Shown: piece after piece, positions 8,542 through 17,233 of the stretch
Position numbering within the stretch: position 1 is the stretch's first letter
Layout: each line of letters starts with the position of its first letter
Assembly (NCBI GenBank): GCA_947258705.1
Contig: CAMYJA010000008.1
Span: 2,441 to 66,440, forward strand
DNA from: an uncultured Hyphomicrobiaceae bacterium
GTDB taxonomy: Bacteria > Pseudomonadota > Alphaproteobacteria > Rhizobiales > CAMYJA01
DNA: 64,000 bases
Reading direction: 5' to 3'
Translations under genes and position numbers: made by a program
Notes under the pieces: model-generated
What the model was told of the DNA's origin: nothing
The model's database searches: none
The model's input: only the letters and a program-made list of their open reading frames with translations

Positions 8542-9441
8542 TCAGCCGTTAAATCGAACCCGGCCTGCTCCGCTCACATCATAACCGATCATGCCTTTGG
8601 CCTTCTCCGAGAATTCCTCGGAGCAGCAGAATTCGAGCAGGGTCTGCAGTGGCGGTTCAAAATAGGCGCGCCGGTTGATGAGTAAGTCGAACCGTTCACG
8701 AATGATCGGTACGAATGCCAATCCGAATTGCTGCGCCTGCGCCTGCAGCCCGAAGGCCGCATCGGCTTTTCCTTCATTGACGGCGAGGGCGCTGTCTGTT
8801 TCCGTCCGGGCTGCGGTTATGAACTCGATTTCATCCAAATCGACGCCCGCTTGCGCCAGTAGAACCTCCAGCAGCATCTGACTGCCAGCAGCCTTTTGAC
8901 GCGGAACGACGCGGCGGCCTTTCAGGTCGGCAACGGAAGCTATTCGGCCTGCCGTCTCAGGTTTTGTCAAAAGGCCTCTCTGTCTCAGGGCCCACTCGAC
9001 AAGCACCACCCCCGCGCCTTTGAATTTGTCCTCAATATAGGCAACGTTCCAGCTCTTATCCTCCTGATTATAGATATGCAGCCCAGTCGCGATGCCCTGA
9101 TTGCGCTGGAACTGCTCGACACCGTCAAAGCTGCCGCCAAAATTTGTCGCGATATTGCAGCGTGCTTCGCGCAGCGCCCAATCGAGAAGCGGATCATGGC
9201 TGCCGAGAAAAATATTGGGCCGCTCACTGGTCAGATAGGGTGCAATTCCTGATGAATTTTCTGAAATCCAGGCATCGATCGCTCGGCGCGGAAAGAGCAG
9301 CTTGCCCATCGCCTTTGAGCACGTTTGTCGAGTGGTAAAGTTTGGCAAATGTTGTGCCAGGGTGCAAGCGGGAGCATGAATAACGCCCGCGTAAAAATTG
9401 CGCAGGCCAAATTTCGGAATCGATTCCTTATTCATCGCCAC
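8542..9441 (-). CDS. Excisionase-type HTH remnant plus periplasmic-binding-protein-like (PBP_like) domain regulator
   Basis: 299-aa ORF. GKLLFPRRAIDAWISENSSG is the tail of an excisionase/MerR-like HTH. GSHDPLLDWALREA..., VLVEWALRQRGLL, DLKGRRVVPRQKAAGSQMLLEVLL and ERFDLLINRRAYFEPPLQTLLEF match the PBP-like sensor domain of this regulator family. Confidence 0.6.
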   Translation of the reverse strand: MAMNKESIPKFGLRNFYAGVIHAPACTLAQHLPNFTTRQTCSKAMGKLLFPRRAIDAWISENSSGIAPYLTSERPNIFLGSHDPLLDWALREARCNIATNFGGSFDGVEQFQRNQGIATGLHIYNQEDKSWNVAYIEDKFKGAGVVLVEWALRQRGLLTKPETAGRIASVADLKGRRVVPRQKAAGSQMLLEVLLAQAGVDLDEIEFITAARTETDSALAVNEGKADAAFGLQAQAQQFGLAFVPIIRERFDLLINRRAYFEPPLQTLLEFCCSEEFSEKAKGMIGYDVSGAGRVRFNG

Positions 9442-9511
9442 ATCTGTATACTGACCGCATCGCGCTATGAATTAAGCGGTCCAGATTTGAAATTCATATA
9501 AGGGCTTCACC

Positions 9512-10246
9512 ATGTCGAAAATCATATTACGGCGGATCGTCTTTTTATCGATCCTGGGTCTGATGCCAATCCAGTTTGCAGACTCGGCATCTGCCTATTA
9601 CTCCGAGTCCATAGCCAACCATAATGGTTCCGAAATGCTCGTCATCAACAATGACGGCAATGTCACGATACAATATGAACGTCCCAGGAAATCCATACGC
9701 AAACATGGTGTGCGGCAAGGCACCGTTCTGTTCAGCGGAACCATATCGGGGAACACGTTGACCGGTTTCGCACGTGTATTCCGTCGCGGCTGCGCGCCGG
9801 CTCAATACAATGTATCGGGGCCATGGAACACCAATACGGGACAGATAATCCTGCGCGGCGCTTCACCCAAACGCGTTCGCGGAGGCTGCCGCGTGACCGG
9901 CTACACGAATTCGGGATCCAACGCCTATCTTGCCTTCAACATCATTCAGGCAGGAACCGTCGATCATGGCGGTGTTGCCGGCGCCGCGCGTCCTGCGACC
10001 TGTGGTTGGTATGTTATCCTCACCTGCCATAAAAATCGCGCGGGAGCCATTGCGAAGTTGAATAATCTCGGCGGTGAAGGCGTTGGCGGCCAGGCGGGCG
10101 CAAAGGTCATAAATACCAATAATTTTTCCGGTTTCAGAAACGGCTTTTATTGCGTTGCCGATGGTCCCTACAACTCACGCGGCGCCGCATCCTCGATTGC
10201 CTGGAAAGAGGCCGAGCCGAGCGCTTATGTGAAAAAAGGGTGCTGA
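9512..10246 (+). CDS. Secreted protein with a C-terminal SPOR-like domain
   Basis: 244-aa ORF with a signal peptide, MSKIILRRIVFLSILGLMPIQFADSASA. The C-terminal stretch GWYVILTCHKNRAGAIAKLNNLG...AKVINTNNFSGFRNGFYCVADGPYNSRGAASSIA follows the SPOR pattern. Confidence 0.55.
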   Translation: MSKIILRRIVFLSILGLMPIQFADSASAYYSESIANHNGSEMLVINNDGNVTIQYERPRKSIRKHGVRQGTVLFSGTISGNTLTGFARVFRRGCAPAQYNVSGPWNTNTGQIILRGASPKRVRGGCRVTGYTNSGSNAYLAFNIIQAGTVDHGGVAGAARPATCGWYVILTCHKNRAGAIAKLNNLGGEGVGGQAGAKVINTNNFSGFRNGFYCVADGPYNSRGAASSIAWKEAEPSAYVKKGC

Positions 10247-10365
10247 CCTGGCGCACTCATGGGGGCAGGACCGTGACTGGACGGCCGGCTTTCCCCGCAA
10301 GTCTGCCGTTATGACAGTAGTCGGAGCAATTTGAAACATCGCAGAAGGCCGGGTTCCCGAGAGCG

Positions 10366-11145
10366 CTAAGCGTCATTCGACAGTCCGGCCGTCGCGATGA
10401 CGAGACCGTCTTCGGTGCGTGAGACATGTGCCCGAATGCCGTAAACCCTGGCGAGATTGTCCCGGGTCATGACCATGTCGGGTGCCCCCTCCATCACGAT
10501 GCGGCCATTGTCGAGCAGAAGAATTCTGTCGCACCATCGCGCGGCCATCCCCAGATCGTGAAGGGAGACCAAAACCGACCCGCCCGTTTTTGCATGCTCG
10601 GCAAAGCAGCGCATCAAGGAAATCTGATGCGCCGGGTCAAGGCCCGCCGTGGGTTCGTCTGCGAGGATGAACTTTGCATCCTGTGCCAATGCACGCGCCA
10701 CGTGAACGCGGGCCTGCTCCCCGCCGGAGAGGTTTGAGACCGGCCGGTTGGCATGCGCTTTGAGGTCCATCAGCTCAATGGCCCGCTCTACCGCGCGATG
10801 ATCGTCAGGTAAAAGCCCGCCAAAGCGTCTCCGATATGGCAGCCGCCCCAATTCAATGAGTGACCGGACGCTAATGTCCCAGTGAAACCTTCTTTGTTGC
10901 GGGAGATAGGCCGTTTTCTGTGCAATGACGCGGGGACCGAGGTCTTCCGGCTTCATGTCATCGAGCACGATGTCGCCGCCTGATGGTTTGATAATCCCCG
11001 CCAGCATTTTCAGAATTGTCGATTTGCCCGCGCCATTCGGCCCGATCAGCCCGACGCATTCACCGGGCTGCAGGCAAAAGGATAAATCGTGAAGTGAAAA
11101 ACCTGCCCCATAGCTGAAACTGACATTGTTGAATTCCAGTGTCAT
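10366..11145 (-). CDS. ABC transporter ATP-binding protein, BtuD/FecE/HmuV type
   Basis: Walker A GPNGAGKST, signature LSGGEQ, Walker B ILADEPTAGLD. It is the last gene of the riboswitch-led operon, and its start overlaps the permease stop. Confidence 0.85.
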   Translation of the reverse strand: MTLEFNNVSFSYGAGFSLHDLSFCLQPGECVGLIGPNGAGKSTILKMLAGIIKPSGGDIVLDDMKPEDLGPRVIAQKTAYLPQQRRFHWDISVRSLIELGRLPYRRRFGGLLPDDHRAVERAIELMDLKAHANRPVSNLSGGEQARVHVARALAQDAKFILADEPTAGLDPAHQISLMRCFAEHAKTGGSVLVSLHDLGMAARWCDRILLLDNGRIVMEGAPDMVMTRDNLARVYGIRAHVSRTEDGLVIATAGLSNDA

Positions 11146-12179
11146 GAAATGAGTTCCCGCCGCGTTTTAAGAACAAGGTAAAAGAAAAAGGGCGCGCCGA
11201 TAAGTGCGGTCAAAACACCGAGCTTGATGTCGTATTCCGGTTGCAGCAGACGCACGACAATATCCGCCGCCAGAACCAGGGCCGCACCTCCGAACAAAGA
11301 AGCACCGAGAAGCCGCCCCGGTCTATGCGCAACCAGCGGGCGCAGAAGATGAGGCACGACCAGTCCGACAAATCCGATGGCACCGGTAATCGCAGTCGCC
11401 GATCCGACCGCAAGCGCGACCCCCGCAACAATCAGATATCGGAGCCGGTCCAGACCGATGCCGAGATTTTGCGCGCCATATTCGCCAAGTGTCAGCGCAT
11501 CCAGCCCACGGGAGGTAAAAAGAAGCAATCCAAGTCCGGCAAGGATGGGAGGTGCCGCCAAACCGACATGCTCCAGGCTGCGGTCCTGCAATGATCCGAG
11601 CATCCAGAAGACAATTTCAGTCAACGCGAATGGATTGTCCGAGAGACTGAGCACTAGCGATATGAGCGCGCTTGCAAGACTGGTTACGGCGACTCCGGCA
11701 AGTATCAGCGTCAGCGGGCTGCCGCGAAACCCGGCCAGCCCCAATATGATCAAGACAGTGATCAGCGATCCAAGCAAGCCGAGTAACGGCAGGGCGAAAA
11801 GAGAGGTCGCGGCCAGTCCTGTGTGAATAGCGACGACGCCGCCGAGGGCTGCGCCGGAGGTGACGCCGATTATCCCGGGTTCCGCCAGAGGATTTCTCAG
11901 ATAACCTTGCAGAACGGCGCCCGACAGGCCGAGAGCCGCGCCGGCGAGTGCTCCCATCAGCATTCGCGGCATGCGTATCTGCCATATGATAATCGAAGCC
12001 GGATCCCCGTCGCCCGACGTTCCGCTGAGCGCGGCAATGACCTGGGCCACGGTCAAGCCCGCCGGCCCGACAAAAATCGATAAAAGGCCTAATGACAAGG
12101 ACAGTATTATCAGTGCGGAGAGTACTGATGGATATCCCGGTGTGCTCACGGCCGGTCTCCTCGGGTGGTCTTTTCCCAT
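11142..12179 (-). CDS. FecCD-family ABC permease (BtuC/HmuU type)
   Basis: 345-aa polytopic ORF. RMPRMLMGALAGAALGLSGAVLQ and the C-terminal LTALIGAPFFFYLV are typical of the FecCD family. Confidence 0.85.
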   Translation of the reverse strand: MGKDHPRRPAVSTPGYPSVLSALIILSLSLGLLSIFVGPAGLTVAQVIAALSGTSGDGDPASIIIWQIRMPRMLMGALAGAALGLSGAVLQGYLRNPLAEPGIIGVTSGAALGGVVAIHTGLAATSLFALPLLGLLGSLITVLIILGLAGFRGSPLTLILAGVAVTSLASALISLVLSLSDNPFALTEIVFWMLGSLQDRSLEHVGLAAPPILAGLGLLLFTSRGLDALTLGEYGAQNLGIGLDRLRYLIVAGVALAVGSATAITGAIGFVGLVVPHLLRPLVAHRPGRLLGASLFGGAALVLAADIVVRLLQPEYDIKLGVLTALIGAPFFFYLVLKTRRELIS

Positions 12180-13045
12180 GCGTGGATAAGCTTTTCAGCG
12201 GCATCGAGAACGACGGGTGTTCCGCAAATCCACAAACGCTCCTCTATGGCAACCCATGCATGGTTTCGTAAATAATTACCAAGTGCGGGATGGCGGAGAT
12301 TATCCGCCAGCACCGTCTTGTAATCTTCCGGTCTGTGACCGAGCACGATCATATCCGGCACCACCTGTAAAAGACGTTCGAGCTCTAGTGTGCCGCGCGG
12401 TGAAAGCCGCAACTCCTCGGCAATGTTCCGGTAGCCTGAAAATTTGAGCACTTCGCTTTCAATCGACCCGGCGATCTGCGTAACGCTGTTTGTGTAATAG
12501 ACCGCGGCACGCGGCCGCTTGCCGGTGACGCGTCTTTTCAGCCCGAGCAAACGCCTGTCAAATGCGCGGATGAGCTCGGCCGCGCGGCCGGGTTCGCCCA
12601 AGGCCTCGCCGACTGATGCAATATTGGATCTCAATTGGGCGAAATTCGTGGCGATCGGCAAGATCAGAACCCTTTTGCCAAGCCGCTGCAGCATGGCGAC
12701 CGTCGTCTTGGTCGTATAGGGGCCGGCGATCACCAGATCCGGCTGTATAGCTACCAATTCTTCGGCGCTGCCCCTGACCGTTCTGAATTTCCGGGCGTCT
12801 TCGGCGATCACCGAATATTGCGGATCGGTTGAGAGATAGGAAAGGGCTGCTATCCGGGAGTCAAATCCGAAGGCGTGAAGTAGTTGGTCCGCACACAAAT
12901 TAAGTGACACAATGCGCTGGGGCCGGGGTGCCGTTTCCGAACGGCCGGGCTCGCCATGAGCCTGACCGGAGCCGGCGGTCAGGCTGGTGCAGAGCAGCGC
13001 CGCACTCACGGTCGTGCACCCAAATGAATAAATTTTCTTCATCAT
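12146..13045 (-). CDS. Periplasmic substrate-binding protein, BtuF/HmuT (Peripla_BP_2) type
   Basis: 299-aa ORF with a signal peptide, MMKKIYSFGCTTVSAALLCTSLTAGSGQA. RIVSLNLCADQLL and DLVIAG are typical of cobalamin/haem/siderophore binding proteins. Confidence 0.75.
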   Translation of the reverse strand: MMKKIYSFGCTTVSAALLCTSLTAGSGQAHGEPGRSETAPRPQRIVSLNLCADQLLHAFGFDSRIAALSYLSTDPQYSVIAEDARKFRTVRGSAEELVAIQPDLVIAGPYTTKTTVAMLQRLGKRVLILPIATNFAQLRSNIASVGEALGEPGRAAELIRAFDRRLLGLKRRVTGKRPRAAVYYTNSVTQIAGSIESEVLKFSGYRNIAEELRLSPRGTLELERLLQVVPDMIVLGHRPEDYKTVLADNLRHPALGNYLRNHAWVAIEERLWICGTPVVLDAAEKLIHAWEKTTRGDRP

Positions 13046-13130
13046 TTAAGACGGCCTCTCCACCCCGAAAAGCATCTGATAATAGAACCGAACCGGCGAA
13101 AATCTGCCGCTAAGGTAAATGTTGGCCGGG

Positions 13131-15164
13131 CTAATCGGCCACTTCATCGGCGGCAAAACGGACCTTGATGCCGCCGTAAACGGAGGCGCCCGCCGTATCA
13201 AATCCATAGACTTCCCTGTAATCTTCATCGAATGCGTTCTCGACGCGGCCAAAGAGCTCAATGCCTTGTTTAACTTCATAAGACGCGGCAAGGGACACCA
13301 GCCAGTATTCGTCCAAAGTCACCCTTTCCACCGAAAAAAACGGTAGGCGGAACGCAATATCCTGCGCTTCGCCATTATAGATGACGGCTGCGTGTATCTT
13401 GCCGCGCCCCTGATCGAACTGGCTGTCGAGATCGATCCGACCCGAATGTTCCGGCCTGCGAATTTCCCGCACGCCGGTCGGTTCCGTCGCTTTGAGCCAG
13501 GTATAGGCGCCGCTCAGAACCAGATCCGGCGTGACCTGCATCCTGGCAGCGATTTCGATACCCTTCCGGTCGCTGATACCCGGCAGATTTACGGCAGTTG
13601 ATGTAAAATTGGGAAGGAACCGGGTGGCAATCATATTTTCAAGGTCGGCCTCGAAATAGGTCACATCGAACACGATTTTGCCATCGAGCATTTTCAACTC
13701 GGCACCAAGATCCCAGGCGAAGGATTCTTCAGGCGTCAGAGCGGGATTGGGTGTGAAGAGCAACGGAATAAATCCGAACTGCTCTGACATCTTCGGGTTT
13801 TTTACCGCCGTTCCCGCGCTTCCGTGCAGTCGGATGCCGAGTGGGCCGGTCTCGATATCACTCAATTTGACCGCCCCTGTCGTCCGCCAGGTGGTTTGAT
13901 CGTCAAAAGTATCATTGTCGTCAAAGCGAATATTGGCGGTCATGAAGAGCCGGTCAAAGAATTCCCCGCGATACTCCGCCACATATCCGATATGCTCGCG
14001 TACCCTCTCAATACCGTCACCTGTAAAAAACTGGCCGGCAATCTTCTCAGGCGTAAAGAACTCCTCTTCGAATTCGACAAGTCCCGTAACAAAATGCCTC
14101 GACTGCAGGAGATCGGGCATATCGATCCGAAGCGTGTTCAGATAGGAATATTTATTCGCGGCCCCGTCATTCTCGGACAAGGACGTTCCAAAGGCCGATA
14201 CGGACGTGTCTTCGGTCCCAACCGAGTTATGATTAGCAATAAGCTTGTGCACCCATTTTCCGTCAAGCAGCTCAAGCCGCGCCTCGGCACCGGCAATCCA
14301 TTGATCCGAGGCAAAATGGGACGGATTGTCGACCTGAACGGCCAAAGTCCCGGCAGGACCGCCTTCGCTGTCGCGACCGCCGGACTTCCGCATGTTACGC
14401 AGAGCAACGCTAACCGATAGGCTGTCGGTAAGCACCATACCGCCCCGGAGCGCAAAGGTCTTCAGCGCGGAGCCATCCCGTTCCCCGCCAGAGGGAGCAA
14501 CATTGAAGCCCTCGGACCGTTGTACGTTATAGGAGATTTGACCGTGAAAGGATTTGCTGCCTCCTGACAGGGTGACGCCGCCGTCCCGGGTCGAAAAAGA
14601 GCCGGTCTCGGCTTTCAGTTGAAGGGCCAGGGGGCCTTCTCCCCGGCGCGTAATAATATTGATTACCCCGCCCAGAGCATTCGATCCCCAGACACCGCTC
14701 TGCGCGCCTCGTATGACTTCGATACGCTCGATTTGATCGGTCGAAAGAGACGAAAAATCAAACTCGCCCGTGGTTGTATCATTGACCTTGATGCCATCGA
14801 TGAGAACCAGCGTGTGATTGCCTTCGTTGCCGCGCAGACGTATCTGGGTCAGCCCGGAAAATGCCCCGGACCTTCCGACCGACACCCCAGGCATCGACCG
14901 AAGCGCATCGGCGACATGGCGAATTTGTTGAGCCTCGAGTTGCGCGCGTGTGACAACACTCACAGCGCTTCCCAGCTTGTCCCCGGACACGCCCTCATCC
15001 GCCAGGCTGACGCCCTCGATGACAATCTCCTGAAGCTCCGTTTCACCGACGTCCTGAGCCAGAGCGCCCGGCGTAAAACCGGCACAAAGCCCCGCAGCCA
15101 GCACCGCCGCGGGCATCATGTTCATTACTCGTGTAAAAATTCCACCGACCGTATGGTAACGCAT
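13131..15164 (-). CDS. btuB: TonB-dependent outer-membrane receptor, cobalamin (BtuB)-type by context
   Basis: 677-aa ORF with a signal peptide and a plug domain (VVTRAQLEAQQIRHVADALRSMPGVSV, NHTLVLIDGIKVND) followed by beta-barrel repeats. The symbol rests on the cobalamin riboswitch in its 5' leader. Confidence 0.7.
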   Translation of the reverse strand: MRYHTVGGIFTRVMNMMPAAVLAAGLCAGFTPGALAQDVGETELQEIVIEGVSLADEGVSGDKLGSAVSVVTRAQLEAQQIRHVADALRSMPGVSVGRSGAFSGLTQIRLRGNEGNHTLVLIDGIKVNDTTTGEFDFSSLSTDQIERIEVIRGAQSGVWGSNALGGVINIITRRGEGPLALQLKAETGSFSTRDGGVTLSGGSKSFHGQISYNVQRSEGFNVAPSGGERDGSALKTFALRGGMVLTDSLSVSVALRNMRKSGGRDSEGGPAGTLAVQVDNPSHFASDQWIAGAEARLELLDGKWVHKLIANHNSVGTEDTSVSAFGTSLSENDGAANKYSYLNTLRIDMPDLLQSRHFVTGLVEFEEEFFTPEKIAGQFFTGDGIERVREHIGYVAEYRGEFFDRLFMTANIRFDDNDTFDDQTTWRTTGAVKLSDIETGPLGIRLHGSAGTAVKNPKMSEQFGFIPLLFTPNPALTPEESFAWDLGAELKMLDGKIVFDVTYFEADLENMIATRFLPNFTSTAVNLPGISDRKGIEIAARMQVTPDLVLSGAYTWLKATEPTGVREIRRPEHSGRIDLDSQFDQGRGKIHAAVIYNGEAQDIAFRLPFFSVERVTLDEYWLVSLAASYEVKQGIELFGRVENAFDEDYREVYGFDTAGASVYGGIKVRFAADEVAD

Positions 15165-15394
15165 ACTCTATCTCCACCAATTAAAGGGTGGGACTTCGAT
15201 CCGGCATCATGAAAATTTAAGGGGATGAAATTTCTATAACGTCAGTCCGGCCCCCGAAGGGTGCAAGACCGATGATACACTGGGCGTAAACGCCACGCGC
15301 CCCTAAAGAACCGACAACCAAACTCCCGACCATTACAAATTGGTCGCCACAACGGCTCTCCGTACCAATACACGCCCCGTATATTGGATGGGCG

Positions 15395-15590
15395 ACACCT
15401 CGCCGGCAGGTCTCCTGGCTCGCGGTTCAGACATTTTCCTCTGCCTTCCCGGTCATGTTTCGATACATGGCCAGTGGCTTATTAGAGAAAAACTTGCCGC
15501 TTACAGTTGCGGGGGCAGCCACGGTATTATGGGAGTACCCATGCACCGTGTTCCCTTTAAATCCCGGCGAACCGGGATACCAACAAGTGG
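15395..15590 (-). promoter_or_regulatory. Cobalamin (B12) riboswitch aptamer
   Basis: The minus strand reads ...AAAGGGAACACGGUG...GGCUGCCCCCGCAACUGUAAGCGG...GCCACUGG...GGGAAGGC...AGCCAGGAGACCUGCC, with the B12 box at 15405-15420. These are all core conserved blocks of the Rfam Cobalamin family, in the correct order. About 235 nt of expression platform follows. It ends in a CCACC/GGUGG hairpin (15174-15191) that pairs the btuB SD (GGUGGAG). Confidence 0.85.
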
Positions 15591-15640
15591 CAGCAAGCAA
15601 TCATGGGCTCGGCATTTTGTCAACAAGCGAAATATTGAAC

Positions 15641-16336
15641 ATGCGATTGAAGCTGCCGCACGGACACGGCCGGGGTGGCGCTTTGGCGGTTGTGCATTTT
15701 GCAACGGCGGTGATAGGTTCGGCAGTCTTTCAGAAGCAAACCGAAGCGGGAAATCTATTGAACACGAACCAGGACCATAAGAATCGAGGAAATGGCGCCG
15801 GAAATGGTGGGGCCGGGGAGACAGAAAAGGGAGGCGCATCCGCATCCGCCCCCGGAAAACACCGGCCCGCGTCACCAAGCCTGGTCCTGCGCGTCCTCGT
15901 CGATGCCGATGCCTGTCCGGTGAAGGAAGAGATCTACAAGGTCGCCTGCCGTTACGAGGTGCCTGTTTGCATCGTAGCCAATTCATATATGCGCATTCCG
16001 CGTGACCCCCTCGTCGAACAAATTGTGGTCAGCGCGGCTTTTGACGCGGCGGACGATCATATCGCGGGCGAGGCCGATCATTTGTCAGTTGTCGTGACCG
16101 CCGATATCCTTCTCGCCGAACGGTGCCTCAAACTCGATGCAACGGTGATTGCTCCCAATGGAAAACCCTTTACCCAAGACTCGATCGGCAACGCGCTTGC
16201 GACCCGTGCCCTCATGGCCGATCTCAGGGCGGGCGGCGATGTCGTCGGCGGCCCGCCGCCTTTCACGAGAGCAGACCGCTCGCGTTTTCTGTCGTCACTG
16301 GACGAGGCGCTGGTTCGCCTGAAACGGAACAATTAG
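15641..16336 (+). CDS. yaiI: YaiI/YqxD family protein (DUF188, UPF0178)
   Basis: The C-terminal roughly 150 aa (RVLVDADACPVKEEIYKVACRYEVPVCIVANS...VVTADILLAERCL...) match the YaiI family from its very first conserved residues. The start is uncertain: ATG at 15641 or TTG at 15758, with no ATG/GTG/TTG closer to the domain. The track ORF start at 15455 overlaps the riboswitch and is rejected. Confidence 0.65.
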   Translation: MRLKLPHGHGRGGALAVVHFATAVIGSAVFQKQTEAGNLLNTNQDHKNRGNGAGNGGAGETEKGGASASAPGKHRPASPSLVLRVLVDADACPVKEEIYKVACRYEVPVCIVANSYMRIPRDPLVEQIVVSAAFDAADDHIAGEADHLSVVVTADILLAERCLKLDATVIAPNGKPFTQDSIGNALATRALMADLRAGGDVVGGPPPFTRADRSRFLSSLDEALVRLKRNN

Positions 16337-16500
16337 CCCCAGTTCTGTACCCGGGTGGAATTGGCGGATTATACGATTGATCAGGGCTCGCCAGAAAAAA
16401 ATCGATGCATCAATCCTCTAGCGCCGCGGAAGCCATTCCGGCGAATTCGGCAGTGGATCATAATATGAACCAGCGAAAATATGGCCTCCCCCGGGCCAGG

Positions 16501-16893
16501 TCATGCCTCCGGCAAGGGCGGTGGCGGTGCGGTATTCGATTTCATCAAATGGCCCGTAAGATAAGTCGCCGCGAAAATTAGCATTTGCGGGATCCATACA
16601 CCGATGACGCTGCTGAACATGGCAAAGCTCTTCTCGATCAGAAGTGCAACGACAAAGACGTCGAGCGCGAGCGATGCGGCAACGAAAATGGCTGCGGTCG
16701 CCAACGGCGTCGTGAAACCGAAATAACGATAGTAAATCCATGAGAAGAAAGCGGCCCCCAGAGGCGCGCCGATGGCGTGAACGATCAACGTCATATCCAT
16801 ATCCATGAATTGACGGCCGATACCGATCAGCGCGCCGCAGAAAGCCCAAACGGCAAAAGCGAAACCAAGGATGATTGCGGTTTTCTTCACCAT
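16501..16893 (-). CDS. Small integral membrane protein (4 TM), unknown function
   Basis: The ORF is 16501..16959, with a preferred start at MVKKTAIILGFAFAVWAFCG (ATG at 16893). It has four clear hydrophobic helices. The overlapping 200-aa Arg-rich frame is rejected. Confidence 0.5.
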   Translation of the reverse strand: MVKKTAIILGFAFAVWAFCGALIGIGRQFMDMDMTLIVHAIGAPLGAAFFSWIYYRYFGFTTPLATAAIFVAASLALDVFVVALLIEKSFAMFSSVIGVWIPQMLIFAATYLTGHLMKSNTAPPPPLPEA

Positions 16894-17233
16894 GGGATGT
16901 TCTTTCAAATTGTGCTCGATAGAGGGTTGGTATGACGGCTGCGTGTCGACCCTGGTCACCGGCGCGCCTCTGGGGGTGTTGACCTATATCAATACAGGTC
17001 TGGACTTCCGATCCTATCATGCTCCTATTTGCAGCAGGATTTCAAATGAAAAGCCCCATTCGCAGGACGGCCGGATGCACGCTCTTGAAGGGCTCTAAGA
17101 GAGCCGCCGTTGTAAAAATGGGCTGGGCTTTGATGCAGCCGCACACCATCGGGATCTGGTGCGACAGCTCCGAAACATCTGCGGTCCAAAGTCTTGCACA
17201 ATCTCTGGGCGGCGGAATTAGGGATGGTGAGCA

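Noticed and set aside
11617-12204. 195-aa minus-strand ORF inside the FecCD permease gene
   Set aside because: It is an alternative frame of a well-supported permease ORF, and its translation is Arg-rich junk.
15340-15780. Plus-strand ORFs of 146 aa (15340..15780), and the first 62 codons of the 293-aa ORF starting at 15455
   Set aside because: They lie antisense over the cobalamin riboswitch aptamer, whose conserved blocks explain the sequence. Their translations are low-complexity and junk-like. Only the C-terminal YaiI-homologous part of the 293-aa ORF is kept.
16418-17020. 200-aa minus-strand ORF overlapping the 152-aa membrane ORF
   Set aside because: It is on the same strand in a different frame, with an Arg/His/Gly-rich translation and no recognisable features. 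The 152-aa frame gives four clean TM helices and is preferred.
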